From an uncultured delta proteobacterium (GTDB lineage Bacteria; Myxococcota_A; UBA9160; UBA4427), in assembly GCA_963822965.1 (NCBI GenBank), contig CAWGJT010000011.1, forward strand, positions 92,039 through 156,038: a DNA stretch of 64,000 nucleotides, read 5' to 3'. The position numbers and the translations under genes were made by a program. Each line of letters starts with the position of its first letter. Positions within the stretch are counted from its first letter, which is position 1. Shown here in pieces: positions 50,442 through 64,000 of the stretch. The notes under the pieces are model-generated. The model worked only from the letters and a program-made list of their open reading frames with translations. It searched no databases and was not told the origin of the DNA.

Positions 50442-52606
50442 ACGGACTGAGCCGGCGAGCCTTTCTCCAGGCGAGCGGAGTCGCGGCGGGCTCGCTCCTG
50501 CTCGGATGCGGCGGGAGGTCGTCCGGCTCCGCGTGGGCGGGGATGCCCTCGGTACACGGCTTCGACGCATTCCTCGCGATCACCCCGGACGGCCGCATCC
50601 TCGTCCGCGCGAACGAGGCGGAGATGGGCCAGGGAACCTACACCGCCTTCGCCACCCTGATCGGCGAAGAGCTGCGCACCGATCCCCGCCTCATCGAGGT
50701 CGAGGCGGCCCCGGTCGACGCGGCGTACGGAATGCAGTCGACCGGCGGGAGCAGCAGCCTGGTCGGGATGTGGGAGCCCATGCGGGAGACCGGGGCCCGA
50801 GCGCGCGAGATGCTCCGATCGGCCGCGGCCAGGCGTTGGGGCATCGACGCCGCAGACGTCGAAGTCGCGGACGGCAGGTTGAGAAGCCAGGGTCGCGAGC
50901 TCGGCTTCGGCGAGGTCGCCGAGGCGGCCTCCGCTCTTCCTGTACCCGACGAAGTCCGGCTGACGCCACGCAACGAGTGGCGCTTCATCGGCAGGGTGCA
51001 GCCCCGGGTCGACGGGCACGTCAAGTCGACCGGGCGCGCGCGATACGGCATCGACGTGCGCCTGCCGGGCATGCGCACCGCGGTCGTCGTCCACTGCCCC
51101 CACGTCCGGGGGCGCCTCGTCTCGTTCGACGACTCCGGGTGCCGGGCGCAGCCCGGCGTGGAGGACGTCTTCGGGCTGGAGGCCGGCGTGGCGATCGTCG
51201 CCGACTCGTACTGGAGTGCGCGTTCCGCCGCGAGCAAGCTCGAGGTCGTGTGGGATGCGGGAGAGAGCAGGGGCGTCGACAATGAGCACATCCGTGCCGG
51301 CCTGGCCGCGGCGCTCGACGACGGGGATCTGGAATCGGCGCGCGACGAGGGTCGAGCGGAGGCCGTTCTCGCAGGAGCGAACGCGACGCTCGAGGCGGAG
51401 TACTCGCTGCCCTATCTCGCGCACGCCACGATGGAGCCGATGAACTGCACCGTCGCGCCGCACCCCGGCGGTTGTGACGTCTACCTGGGAACGCAGGCTC
51501 CCGACGGGGTTCGTGACGTCGTGGCCCACGAGCTCTCGCTCGCGCGGGAAGACGTGGTCGTCCACAACCAGCTGCTGGGGGGCGGCTTCGGCCGGCGATT
51601 CCAGACCGACATGGCGCAGGAAGCCGCGCAGATCGCGAAGCACACCGGTGAGCCCGTACGACTCGTCTGGTCCCGCGAGGACGACATGGCGCGCGACTTC
51701 TACCGCCCGGCGAGCCTGCACCGCCTGCGCGCGTGCCTGGATGCCGACGGCTCTCCCGAGGCCTGGGAGCACCGCCTGGCGACCCCGAGCCTCCTCCCGA
51801 ACATGAGCGCGGCGGCCTGGCCCGCGGTGCCCCAGGCAATACGAGGGGTGGGCGTCTCCATCATCTCCGGTGTCGCGCGGCGTCTGCCCGGATGGATCGG
51901 GCCCCGGATCGGATTCGAGGGGGCGGGCGACGTGCCCTATGCGATCCCCAACCTCTCGGTCGGCGGGGTCGCCTGGGACCCGGGAATCCCCGTCGGCATC
52001 TGGCGCTCGGTCGGGCATTCCCACAACGGCTTCGTCGTGGAGAGCTTCATCGACGAGCTCGCCCACGCGGCGAAGGCGGACCCGGCCCGGTTCCGTCGCA
52101 GCCTGCTGGGCGAGCACCCGCGGCACCTCGCGGTCCTCGACGCTCTGGTCGAGCGTTCCGGCTGGAACGCGGCACCGGCCGGTCGCTACCAGGGCATTGC
52201 CGTGCACGAGTCCTTCGGGACCGTCGTCGGAGAAGTCGCCGAGGTGCGGGTGAACGGCGACCGCATCGACGTCGAGCGGGTCACCTGCGTGGTGGACTGC
52301 GGGCTGGCGGTGAACCCGGACGTCGTCGCCGCGCAGATGGAGAGCGGGATCGTCTTCGGCCTCACCGCCGCGCTGTTCGGGGAAATCGACTTCGTCGACG
52401 GCGCCGCCGTGCAGAGCAACTTCCACGACTACCGCATGCTTCCCATGGCCGATGCGCCGGAGATCGACGTCGTCATCCTCGAGAGCGAACGACCTCCGAG
52501 CGGCGTCGGAGAGCCGGGCACACCGCCGATCGCCCCGGCGGTCGCCAACGCGGTCTTCGCCGCGACGGGGCGCCGGCTTCGATCGTTGCCCCTGCGGCTG
52601 GGTTGA
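50438..52606 (+). CDS. iorB: Isoquinoline 1-oxidoreductase-type molybdopterin beta subunit
   Basis: Tat signal [37 protein letters not shown]. Confidence 0.9.
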   Translation: MNGLSRRAFLQASGVAAGSLLLGCGGRSSGSAWAGMPSVHGFDAFLAITPDGRILVRANEAEMGQGTYTAFATLIGEELRTDPRLIEVEAAPVDAAYGMQSTGGSSSLVGMWEPMRETGARAREMLRSAAARRWGIDAADVEVADGRLRSQGRELGFGEVAEAASALPVPDEVRLTPRNEWRFIGRVQPRVDGHVKSTGRARYGIDVRLPGMRTAVVVHCPHVRGRLVSFDDSGCRAQPGVEDVFGLEAGVAIVADSYWSARSAASKLEVVWDAGESRGVDNEHIRAGLAAALDDGDLESARDEGRAEAVLAGANATLEAEYSLPYLAHATMEPMNCTVAPHPGGCDVYLGTQAPDGVRDVVAHELSLAREDVVVHNQLLGGGFGRRFQTDMAQEAAQIAKHTGEPVRLVWSREDDMARDFYRPASLHRLRACLDADGSPEAWEHRLATPSLLPNMSAAAWPAVPQAIRGVGVSIISGVARRLPGWIGPRIGFEGAGDVPYAIPNLSVGGVAWDPGIPVGIWRSVGHSHNGFVVESFIDELAHAAKADPARFRRSLLGEHPRHLAVLDALVERSGWNAAPAGRYQGIAVHESFGTVVGEVAEVRVNGDRIDVERVTCVVDCGLAVNPDVVAAQMESGIVFGLTAALFGEIDFVDGAAVQSNFHDYRMLPMADAPEIDVVILESERPPSGVGEPGTPPIAPAVANAVFAATGRRLRSLPLRLG

Positions 52607-52796
52607 CAGAGGCGACCGCAAGGCGGGGCTTCGAAGGGCTTCCGGGCGTGACGCTCGTTCGCTGAATGCTGCCGCGTCTCGGCTGGAGCTCGTCGCTCCG
52701 TTCGACGGGGATCATGACGTCGATGACCTCCGACGTAATTGCGGGGAGCCCCGACCGGCTCGACCCTGTGGGCCGCGCGTCCACAAGGAGACAGCC

Positions 52797-53123
52797 ATGG
52801 CCACGAGACGGACCCTCGCACTCATCACCCTCGTTCCCTTCACCCTCCTGACCCTCTACGCCCTTCAGCAGGTGGGCTACGTCGGTATCTTCGACTACCA
52901 GCGCCACAGTCCCGCGGGCTGGCAGGTGTTCACCGACCTGGTGATCGCCCTGCTCCTGGTGCTGAGCTGGCTGATTCCGGAGGCCAGGAGGGCAGGGCGC
53001 AATCCCTGGCCCTGGGTCGTCGCGACCCTGTTTCTCGGATCCTTCGGGCCGCTCCTGTACCTGGCGTTCGCGCGGGTCGAGCACACCGCGGACAGCTCGG
53101 CACGAGAGGCGGCCATCGGGTGA
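52797..53123 (+). CDS. Small membrane protein (DUF2834-like)
   Basis: [24 protein letters not shown]; 3-4 TMs. Confidence 0.7.
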   Translation: MATRRTLALITLVPFTLLTLYALQQVGYVGIFDYQRHSPAGWQVFTDLVIALLLVLSWLIPEARRAGRNPWPWVVATLFLGSFGPLLYLAFARVEHTADSSAREAAIG

Positions 53124-53177
53124 GGCGAAGCCGGGAACCGTCCTCGTCGACCGCAGAGGCGGTCCGGGGCCGCTGCG

Positions 53178-55088
<1,911 letters not shown>

Positions 55089-55333
55089 GATTGCTTCTCC
55101 GGTCCGGCCGATCCCTGGAATCGGAGAGCCTATCAACCCCAAGCCCGGGCTGCTCTCTGCGGCCGCGCCGCCCCGTTCCTCGAGCTCGCGTGGGCGGCTT
55201 CGGCGGAGCCGCAGGCCGGGGCGCCCCGGGGCCCTTGCGCGCCCCGAGGGTCTTCCCCCGATCATGCGATGGAGGGGGCGCGCGCCGACGTGCATGATCC
55301 GGAACGTCACCTGCGTCACCGGAGGGCGTACCG

Positions 55334-56140
55334 ATGCGTCGAGCCACGATCCTCACCGAGTCCCTTGCCGCCGCTCTGATTGCGCTCTGCACGGCCCTTC
55401 CGAGCCACGCCCGCGAGGTCTGCGAGCCGGCGCCGGACCCGGCCTTTGCGGGAAGCGTGTCGGTGGATCTCACGGCGGCCGGTCGACCGCTGAACGAGCT
55501 CACCGGCGCGCCGCTGGCGGCCGGCGAGCTGACCTATCAGTTTACCGCCGGCGGTGTCACTTTCCTGTTCGAGAGCCTCTCGGGCGTGCCGCTCGACATC
55601 GCGGCGGGCGCCGGCATCGTCTCCCGGGACTTCGGCCCGCTGGCCGGAATGGGCTTCGCCGTGACGGTGAACCCGCCCGTCAGCGCCATCGGCTTCCGCG
55701 GCTACGAGTTCGATGGCTGCCCGGGGGCCATCTACTCGGGCACCGGCGGAACCCAGGGGGCGACCCTGCTCAGCTGCAACGGGGGCTTCCCGTGTCCCGG
55801 GTCGTCCACCGACCCGGCTTTCTTCGGCGCGGCGGACATCGGGGGCGTGGGCGCCGTCCACGTCTGGCAGCCCGCCTCGATCTTCGTCGTGACCGAGCTG
55901 GTCTTCGTGCCCCCGGACGTGCTCCCCGAGGAGACCGCCGATCTGTCCGTCGTGAAGACCGAAGCCGGGGGCGATCTGCTGGTGCTGAACGGCGAGCCGA
56001 TCCGCTACCGGATCGACGTCGGCAACAGCGGGCCCGACGTGGCCAGCGACGTCCTCGTCTCGGACTTCCTGCCGAGCGGCATCTTCGACGATGCGAGCCA
56101 CGACGGCAGCGGCACGGGCACCATCGCACGTTGGCAACAG
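55334..56140 (+). pseudogene. Secreted DUF11-domain protein, 3'-truncated
   Basis: Signal peptide; ADLSVVKT..IRYRIDVGNSGPDVASDVLVSDFLP; after IARW the frame turns into non-protein-like sequence. Confidence 0.7.
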
Positions 56141-56848
56141 TCACGTCGATCCAGTAGGTCGAGAGTCCGCTATGAACGGCGCGGAGCGGTGCGCGGCTGC
56201 TCACGGGAATTCGTTGAGCGCCTCAACGAGCACGCTGGTCGTCCCGGGCATCTGGATCACGATGATCCCATCGCTGCGCTCTACGAAGGGGCGATACGAC
56301 ATGGACATAGCGTGCCGCACCACTCGTGTCCTCGCTGGCCAAGCTTCCGGCCTGCCTACCGGCTGGGTGCCGAGTTCATTCACAGGCCCTGACCCAGGGG
56401 ACCCGGGACGGACGGAAGCCCCGGCATTCCCGGACCGTCCGACGCCGGCGTTCGCGGCCCATCGTGCTGTTGATCACTGTTGCTGATCAGGCGCGGGTAT
56501 CTGCGGCTTCCCGAGGCATCTCTGGGGCGATCCCTGCACGAATATCAGGGATCGTGATCCTGCGAACGATATCCACCCGGAGTCGGCCGTCCAAGCCCTG
56601 CTGGATCACGCGAGCGGCAGCCGTCGATCAGGGCTGCTGATCAGCGGGCGGGTGGAGGGCGGCCCGGGGCCTGGGCACGAGCAGGGTGCGGGACCAGCGA
56701 GGCCGACCCGCGCACCGAACCCCGCACCGGGCCCGCTGCGACCCGCGCACTGACCCCGCACCGGGGTCCTCACGGGCGGGCACCGGTTGCGGGACGGGCG
56801 CAGAATCGGCGTGCGCGACAGTTGACGGGTGCGATATGGTACCCGTGT

Positions 56849-56860
56849 GTTACCGGTAAC
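56849..56860. promoter_or_regulatory. LacI-type operator
   Basis: Perfect palindrome GTTACCGGTAAC with central CG, ~60 bp before the operon that encodes a LacI regulator. Confidence 0.7.
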
Positions 56861-56919
56861 GGACCCGGGACGCAAGCCGCGCAACCTGCTCTGACCACGG
56901 ACCCGCTGAGGAGCTGCCG

Positions 56920-58428
56920 ATGGGCGATCTCCTGGTCGAGATGACGGACATCTCCAAGAGCTTCCCCGGCGTTCACGCGCTCGATGGTGCGCGGTTCGAG
57001 CTCCGGTCCGGCGAGGTGCACGCGCTCGTCGGCGAGAACGGGGCGGGCAAGTCCACGCTGATGAAGGTCCTGGCGGGAATCTACAAGCGGGACGGCGGGA
57101 TCATCAGGGTCAAAGGCGTCGAGGTCGACGTCCCGACCCGCGAGCCGCCCAGGACCTGGGCATCTCGATCATCCACCAGGAGCTCAACCTGATGGGCCAC
57201 CTCTCGGTGGCCCAGAACATCTTCATCGGGCGCGAGCCGCGCCGTGGCTTCTGGTTGGACGAGAAGCAGCTCAACCGCAAGGCCTCGGAGCTGTTCGAAG
57301 AGCTCCACATCCGCCTCGACCCGCGGGCCCGCGTCTCCGGTCTGGCCGTCGCCCAGCAGCAGATGGTGGAGATCGCGAAGGCGCTCTCCTTCAACTCGGA
57401 TGTCCTGATCATGGACGAGCCGACGGCGGCGCTCACCGAGACGGAGATCGACGAGCTGTTCCGGATCACCCGGATCCTGCGCGAGCGCGGCCACGGGATC
57501 GTCCACATCTCGCATCGCCTCGAGGAGCTCAAGGTCATCACGGACCGGGTGACGGTGATGCGCGACGGGAAGTACATCGACACGGTGCTCACGGCCGACG
57601 CCACCATCCAGCAGATCATCAGCATGATGGTCGGCCGCACGATCTTCGAGGAGGCGCCGGAGCTCCCCGAGAACCCAAGCCCGGAGGTGGTGCTCGAGGT
57701 CCGCGGCCTCAACCGGGGACGCGCGATCCGGGACGTCAGCTTCAAGCTCCACCGGGGCGAGATCCTGGGTGTGGCGGGGCTGGTCGGCGCCGGCCGCACC
57801 GAGGTCATGCGCGCCGTCTTCGGAGCGGACCCCCGCGGAGTCGGGCGAGATCCTGATCCACGGCGAGCCGGTCGAGATTCGGACGCCCAGCGACGCGGTC
57901 CGTCACGGGATCGGCTACCTGTCCGAGGACCGCAAGCGCTACGGACTCGCGCTCGCCATGGACGTCGAGACCAACACCGTGCTGGCCAGCCTCCGCAAGT
58001 TCACCGGCGCGCTCGGCCGGATCAACTTCGGCAGGACGCGGAAGGCGCGCTGGAGTAGGTCGGAGAGTCTCGCGATCAAGACGCCCAGCGTGAGCCAGCG
58101 GACCAAGAACCTGTCCGGTGGCAACCAGCAGAAGGTGGTCATCGCCAAGTGGCTCACGGCCGACACCGAGATCCTCATCTTCGACGAGCCGACTCGCGGC
58201 ATCGACGTGGGTGCCAAGAGCGAGATCTACCGCCTGCTCAACGACCTCGCCAGGCAGGGCAAGGCGATCATCATGATCAGCTCCGAGCTGCCCGAGATCC
58301 TGCGCATGAGCCACCGGATCCTGGTGATGTGCGAGGGCCGGATCACCGGTGAGCTGGCGGCCGGCGAGGCCACCCAGGAACGGATCATGACCCTCGCGAC
58401 CCAGCGCGAATCCGTGGCAGCCGCGTGA
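56920..58428 (+). CDS. Sugar ABC transporter ATP-binding protein (frameshifted)
   Basis: [34 protein letters not shown] over three ORFs; shifts near 57145 and 57835. Confidence 0.9.
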
Positions 58429-58474
58429 TGCGCGCCATGCGTCAACCCACCGAGCGCACGAGGACACCTGAGCG

Positions 58475-59461
58475 ATGGCGATGACGACCGGGGCCGGCAA
58501 GTCGCGGATCCAGTCCGTGGTCAGCGGGGACTCGCTGCAGCGCGTGCTCGCGCTGGGTGGCCTCATCATCCTGCTCGCGTTCTTCTCGATCATCTCGGAG
58601 CCGTTCCGCACGCCCGAGAACTACATCTCGGTCCTGGTCGCCACCGCCGTCAACGGCGTGCTGGCCATGGGCGTGACGTTCATCATCATCACCGGCGGCA
58701 TCGACCTGTCCGTGGGGACCACGATGACGTTCGCGTCCGTGTGCATGGGCATCGTGGTCACCAACTGGGGCCTGCCGCTCGTCCTGGGCATCCCCGCCGC
58801 CCTCGGTGCCGGCGCCCTGGTCGGCGTGACCAACGGCGTGCTGGTGGCCAAGGCCAAGCTGCCGCCGTTCATCGCCACCCTGGGCATGCTCAACGTCACC
58901 CGCGGCCTGGCCCAGGTCCTGTCCGATGTGAAGCCGATCTACTTCGAGGGCACGCCCGAGTTCTACGACCTGTTCATGGGCAAGTACGTCCTGGGCATCC
59001 CCAACATGGTGTTCATCATGTTCGGCGCCGCGGTGATCGCGTCGCTGGTGCTGACCAAGACGACGCTTGGCCGCTACACGTTCGCTCTCGGCTCCAACGA
59101 GGAGGCGACTCGCCTCTCGGGCGTCAACGTCGACCGCTGGAAGATCGCCGTCTACGCCGTCGGCGGCCTGTTCTCCGGCCTGGCCGGCATCCTGATCGCC
59201 GCGCGCATGACCTCGGCCCAGCCGTCGGTCGGCCTCGGGTACGAGCTCGACGCCATCGCCGCTGCCGTCATCGGCGGCACCTCGCTGTCCGGCGGCGAGG
59301 GCAGCATCGTGGGCACGATCATCGGCGCGTTCATCATCAGCACGCTGACGATCGGCCTGTCCATCACCGGCGTTCCTGACCAGTGGAAGCTGGTGATCAC
59401 GGGTCTCGTGGTCATCGGCGCTGTCTGGCTGGACGTCCTGCGCCGGCGACGGCGCGCCTGA
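58475..59461 (+). CDS. Sugar ABC transporter permease
   Basis: GGIDLSVG, PPFIATLG, YELDAIAAAVIGGTSL. Confidence 0.93.
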   Translation: MAMTTGAGKSRIQSVVSGDSLQRVLALGGLIILLAFFSIISEPFRTPENYISVLVATAVNGVLAMGVTFIIITGGIDLSVGTTMTFASVCMGIVVTNWGLPLVLGIPAALGAGALVGVTNGVLVAKAKLPPFIATLGMLNVTRGLAQVLSDVKPIYFEGTPEFYDLFMGKYVLGIPNMVFIMFGAAVIASLVLTKTTLGRYTFALGSNEEATRLSGVNVDRWKIAVYAVGGLFSGLAGILIAARMTSAQPSVGLGYELDAIAAAVIGGTSLSGGEGSIVGTIIGAFIISTLTIGLSITGVPDQWKLVITGLVVIGAVWLDVLRRRRRA

Positions 59462-59564
59462 TCCACGGGCCCGTCCCGGCCCCCAACCGTCCGGACCGCA
59501 TGCCGGTCGGCCGACCTCTTGGCGGCTCCGGCACCCAGGTCAGATCAACTCACGGAGGAGGAGC

Positions 59565-60548
59565 ATGAAGCTCACCCGCGCGATCCGCCCCGCTGGGGCA
59601 CTCATGGCGCTCGCGATGGTGTTCGCAGCCTGCGGCAGCAGTGGGGCATCGTCCGCCGCGGCGTCCGGCGGCGCAAGCACCCCGTACATCGCCATCGTGT
59701 CCAAGGGCTCGCAGCACCAGTTCTGGCAGGCCGTCCAGAAGGGCGCCACCGACGAGGCGGCCGCCAAGGGCGCCACCATCACCTACGAGGGCCCGGCCTC
59801 CGAGTCCGAGGTCGACAAGCAGCTCACCATGCTGCAGACCGCGATCGACAAGAACCCGCAGGCCATCTGCTTCGCCGCGCTCGACAGCAAGGCGGCGACG
59901 CCGCTTCTCGAGCAGGCGCAGTCCAAGAACATCCCGATCATCGGCTTCGACAGCGGCGTCGACAGCGACATCCCGGTGACCACGGTCGCCACCGACAACA
60001 TCGCCGCCGCCGGCGAGGCCGCCGACAAGATGGCCGAGGCCATCGGCGGACTCGGGCAAGGTCGCGATCATCGTCCACGATCAGACCAGCCAGACCGGCA
60101 TCACCCGGCGTGACGGCTTACGCAGGAGATCAAGGCGAAGTACCCGGACATCCAGATCGTCGCGACCCAGTACGGCGCCGGCGACCCGGTGAAGTCGGCT
60201 GACCTGGCCAAGGCGATCATGACCGCCAACCCGGACCTCAAGGGCTTCTTCGGCGCCAACGAGGGCTCCATCAAGGGCGTGCTCAACGCGCTCAAGGAGA
60301 CCGGCAACGAGGGCAAGATCATGGCCATCGGCTACGACTCCGGCGAGCAGCAGATCAACGCCATCAAGGACGGCACCGAGTACGGCGCCATCACCCAGAA
60401 CCCGGTCGGCATCGGCGCCAAGTGCGTCGACGCCGCGCTCGATGCCATCGCGGGCAAGACGCTCCCGAAGACCATCGACACCGGCTACTACTGGTACGAC
60501 AAGTCCAACATCGACGACCCCCAGATCCAGGCGGTCCTCTACCAGTAG
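59565..60548 (+). CDS. Sugar ABC substrate-binding lipoprotein (frameshifted)
   Basis: Lipobox FAAC, HQFWQAV, FDSG, TDN, ITQNP; shifts near 60050 and 60118. Confidence 0.88.
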
Positions 60549-60563
60549 ACCGTCCGGTTTTGG

Positions 60564-60621
60564 GGGAGATCAGGTCGCAACCAAGGGGGCTGCCCGCACC
60601 GCGGACAGCCCCCGATCTCCC
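60564..60621 (+). other. Intercistronic stem-loop after the binding-protein gene
   Basis: GGGAGATC/GATCTCCC outer and GGGGGCTG/CAGCCCCC inner stems; no U-tract. Confidence 0.5.
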
Positions 60622-60656
60622 TCAGGCCCCGGCGTCCCCATCCAGAGCGGGACCCC

Positions 60657-61703
60657 ATGAGCACCATCAGCGACGTGGCCAGGCGAGCCGGAGTCTCCTC
60701 GATGACCGTCTCGCGGGTCATCAACGGCACCGGCTACACGAGCGCCGAGGCGCGCGCCCGCGTGGAGGCCGCCATCGAGGAGCTGGGCTACGTGCCCAAT
60801 GCCCTCGCCCGCCAGCTGCGGTCGAAGCGCACCAAGACGATCGCCCTCGTGGTCTCGGACATCTCCAACCCGTTCTTCACCACCATCGCCCGCGGCGTCG
60901 AGGACGTGGCCATGGCGCACGGCTTCTCGGTCATGTACTGCAACACCGACGAGTCCGAGGCCGAGGAGGAGCAGTACCTCCTGATGCTGGTCGAGCGCCA
61001 GATCGACGGCGTCCTCCTGGTGCCCGACGCGCAGCACCGGCGAGTCGTTCCGGCTCCTCCGCGCCCACCACGTTCCCGTCGTCGTGCTGGACCGCCGGAT
61101 CGATGTCGGCGCCGTCGACAGCGTGCGCTGCGACTCGGAGGCCGGCGCCCATGCGCTCACAAGGCATCTCCTCGAGCTGGGCCACCGTGACATCGCCGTG
61201 CTGACCGGCCGCGAGACCATCTCGACGTCGGTCGACCGCGTGGCGGGCTGCCGGCGAGCCCTGGAGGAGGCCGGGCTGGTCCTTCCGACGAGCGAGTGCA
61301 GTTTGGCGGCTACATGTTCGGCAAGAGCAACCAGGCCGACGGTCACCGGATGGCGCAGCAGGTCCTCGACGCCCCGGGGCCGCTGCCCACGGCGATGTTC
61401 TGCGCCAACAACTTCATCGCCTTCGGGGCGATCCGGGCGCTGCGCGAGCGGGGCCTGCGGGTACCCGATGACATGAGCGTGGTCGCGTTCGACGACCTGC
61501 CGGCGGAGTGGGTCAGCGAGCCGTTCCTCACCTGTGCGGCCCAGCCCGCCTACGACATCGGGCACCGCGCCGCCGAGCGCCTCCTCGGCCACATCTCCGG
61601 CGAGCACGAGCCCAGCGGCGAGTCCGTCGTGCTCCCGTTCGAGCTGATCATCCGTCGATCCAGCGCACCGCCGCGCCCCGCCGCAGCCGCAGCCGCTGGG
61701 TGA
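60657..61703 (+). CDS. LacI-family regulator (frameshifted)
   Basis: TISDVARRAGVSSMTVSRVIN, NPFF, LGHRDIA, VPDDMSVVAFDD; shifts near 61030 and 61300. Confidence 0.9.
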
Positions 61704-61737
61704 GCGCGATCCACCCACGGACTCAGAGGAGGCACCG

Positions 61738-62157
61738 ATGCTCAAGACCCGCCTGCTTCACCCGGAGATCCTCGCCGCGCTCGGCGAGGCCGGTCACGGC
61801 GCCCAGGTGCTGATCGCGGACGGCAACTACCCGCTGGCCACGCGCTCCAACCCCGATGCCTACCGGGTGTTCCTCAACCTCGCGCCCGGCCAGCTGACCG
61901 TCACCGATGTCCTCGACGTCATCGCGGACGCGATCCCCGTCGAGTCGGCCTGCGTGATGGGCCCCGACGATGGCACGGAGCCGTCGATCTACGCGGATTT
62001 CCGCCGGATCCTGCCGGACACGGAGCTGGAGCGGCTGGGCCGCTTCGAGTTCTACGACATGGCCCGGGGCCCGGACACGGCGCTCGCGATCGCCACGGGC
62101 GAGCAGCGCATCTACGCCAACATCCTGCTCACCATCGGCGTGGTGATGCCCGAGTAG
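61738..62157 (+). CDS. RbsD/FucU-family mutarotase
   Basis: [28 protein letters not shown]. Confidence 0.9.
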   Translation: MLKTRLLHPEILAALGEAGHGAQVLIADGNYPLATRSNPDAYRVFLNLAPGQLTVTDVLDVIADAIPVESACVMGPDDGTEPSIYADFRRILPDTELERLGRFEFYDMARGPDTALAIATGEQRIYANILLTIGVVMPE

Positions 62158-62209
62158 GGCAGGGCAGGTCCCGGACATCGACTGCGTCCCAGGAGCACGA
62201 GGGAACCAC

Positions 62210-64000
62210 ATGACCACCGTCAACACCTCCGGCCGCTTCGTCGGCGACTGGCCCCGGATCGGCATCCGCCCCGCCGTCGACGGTCGCCAGCACGGCGTTC
62301 GCGAGTCGCTCGAGGAGCAGACCCGGAACATGGCGCTCCGGACGGCGGACCTCATCCGGGCCAACCTGCGGTACCCGGACGGCACGCCGGTCGAGGTGGT
62401 CGTCCCGGACCACAACATCGGCGGCGTGTACGAGGCGGCCAAGGTCGCCGAGCTGTTCCGCAAGGAGGGCGTCGGCGTCTCGCTGACCATCACGCCCTGC
62501 TGGTGCTACGGCTCCGAGACCATGGACATGGACCCGCTGACCCCCAAGGCGGTCTGGGGCTTCAACGGCACCGAGCGCCCGGGCGCGGTGTACCTGGCCG
62601 CCGTCCTCGCGGCCCACACCCAGAAGGGGCTGCCGGCGTTCGGCATCTACGGGCGCGACGTCCAGGACGCCGGCGACGGCACGATCCCCGACGACGTCCA
62701 GGCGAAGATCCTGCGCTTCGCCCGGGCCGGCATGGCCGCCGCGATCCTGCGCGGCAAGTCGTACCTGAGCCTCGGCGGCGTCTCGATGGGCATCGCCGGC
62801 TCCATCGTGGACCAGCCGTTCTTCGAGAAGTACCTGGGCATGCGCGTCGAGGCGGTCGACATGTCCGAGATCTACCGCCGGCTCGAGGAGGGGATCTACG
62901 ACCCGGTCGAGTACGAGAAGGGCCTCGCCTGGGCCAGGGCCAACTGCCGCGAGGGCGCGGACCGCAACCCGGCCGACAAGGCCAAGACCCGCGAGGAGCT
63001 CGACCGCGACTGGGAGGTCGTGGTCAAGATGACCCTCATCGCGCGCGACCTCCTGGTGGGCAACCCGAGGCTCGCCGAGCTGGGCTTCGGCGAGGAGGCG
63101 ATGGGCCGCAACGCGATCCTGGGCGGCTTCCAGGGCCAGCGGGCGTGGACCGACCACACCCCCAACGGCGACTTCATGGAGGCGATCCTCAACTCCACCT
63201 TCGACTGGAACGGGATCCGCGCCCCGCACATGTTCGCGACCGAGAACGACTCGCTCAACGGCGCGACGATGCTGCTCTCCTACCTGCTGACCAACCGGGC
63301 CCAGATCTTCGCCGACGTCCGCACGTACTGGAGCGCGGACGCGGTGGAGCGGGTGACCGGGCACCGGCTCGAGGGCCCCGCCGCGGGCGGCTTCATCCAC
63401 CTCATCAACTCCGGCGCGGCCACCCTGGACGCCACCGGCGCGATGACGGACGCCGACGGCAACCCGGCCATGAAGCCGTTCTGGGAGATCACCGACGGCG
63501 ACGTGGAGGCGGCCCTCGCGGCCACCACCTGGTACCCGGCCAACCGCGGCTACTTCCGCGGCGGCGGCTTCTCCAGCCAGTTCGTGACCAAGGGCGGAAT
63601 GCCCGTCACCATGGCCCGCCTCAACCTCGTCAGCGGGGCGGGGCCCGTGCTCCAGATCGCCGAGGGCTGGACCGTGGACCTGCCCAAGGAGGTCCACGAC
63701 ATCCTGGACCAGCGGACGGACCCCACCTGGCCCACCCACTGGTTCGTGCCGCGGACCACGGGCGAGGGCGTCTTCCGCGACGTCTACACGGTGATGGCCA
63801 ACTGGGCCGCCAACCACGGCGCGATCAGCTACGGCCACATCGGTGCGGACCTGATCAGCCTGGCCTCGATCCTGCGGATCCCGGTCCACATGCACAACGT
63901 GGCCGAGGAGGACATCTTCCGGCCCAGCGCCTGGGCCAACCTGGGCACGGCGGATCCCGAGGGCGCCGACTTCCGGGCCTGCGCCAACTTCGGCCCGCTC
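62210..64000 (+). CDS. fucI: L-fucose isomerase (runs off window end)
   Basis: [64 protein letters not shown]. Confidence 0.96.
   Translation, partial: MTTVNTSGRFVGDWPRIGIRPAVDGRQHGVRESLEEQTRNMALRTADLIRANLRYPDGTPVEVVVPDHNIGGVYEAAKVAELFRKEGVGVSLTITPCWCYGSETMDMDPLTPKAVWGFNGTERPGAVYLAAVLAAHTQKGLPAFGIYGRDVQDAGDGTIPDDVQAKILRFARAGMAAAILRGKSYLSLGGVSMGIAGSIVDQPFFEKYLGMRVEAVDMSEIYRRLEEGIYDPVEYEKGLAWARANCREGADRNPADKAKTREELDRDWEVVVKMTLIARDLLVGNPRLAELGFGEEAMGRNAILGGFQGQRAWTDHTPNGDFMEAILNSTFDWNGIRAPHMFATENDSLNGATMLLSYLLTNRAQIFADVRTYWSADAVERVTGHRLEGPAAGGFIHLINSGAATLDATGAMTDADGNPAMKPFWEITDGDVEAALAATTWYPANRGYFRGGGFSSQFVTKGGMPVTMARLNLVSGAGPVLQIAEGWTVDLPKEVHDILDQRTDPTWPTHWFVPRTTGEGVFRDVYTVMANWAANHGAISYGHIGADLISLASILRIPVHMHNVAEEDIFRPSAWANLGTADPEGADFRACANFGPL

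Noticed and set aside
56729..56740. GGGCCCGCTGCG matching the repeat's left end (also CCCTCAGGCCCC at 60619-60630)
   Set aside because: 12-bp GC-rich matches are plausible by chance in 64 kb, and no other part of the element is adjacent.

Overview
GC-rich bacterial DNA made of three zones. (1) 1-7 kb is a rearranged mobile zone. It holds an AAA+/DUF4143 ATPase, a 3' half tRNA-Arg(TCG) att-like remnant and a truncated IS481. Two identical 97-bp direct repeats (2212-2308, 6726-6822) end in a motif resembling the oriIS end of IS91/ISCR rolling-circle elements, and a diverged third copy lies at ~69-138. The repeats have no transposase, cut genes at their junctions and bracket a 4.4-kb chromosomal fragment. 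This is the best candidate for an undescribed system: a miniature non-autonomous rolling-circle DNA-capture element. (2) 7-56 kb is Myxococcota-like accessory DNA (inferred from gene content). It carries PEP-CTERM/IPTL-CTERM proteins, sulfatases, an IS66 without target duplication, TA modules and many gene scraps, a P450/SDR/CoA-transferase cluster and iorAB. It also has a ~8.9-kb repetitive dockerin-bearing surface gene divergent from a cohesin-PEP-CTERM gene. (3) From ~56.1 kb, after an abrupt junction, comes an L-fucose ABC/LacI/FucU/FucI operon of different style. Many single-base frameshifts after 39 kb suggest uncorrected long-read indels. All family assignments are by eye from motifs; no database searches were run.
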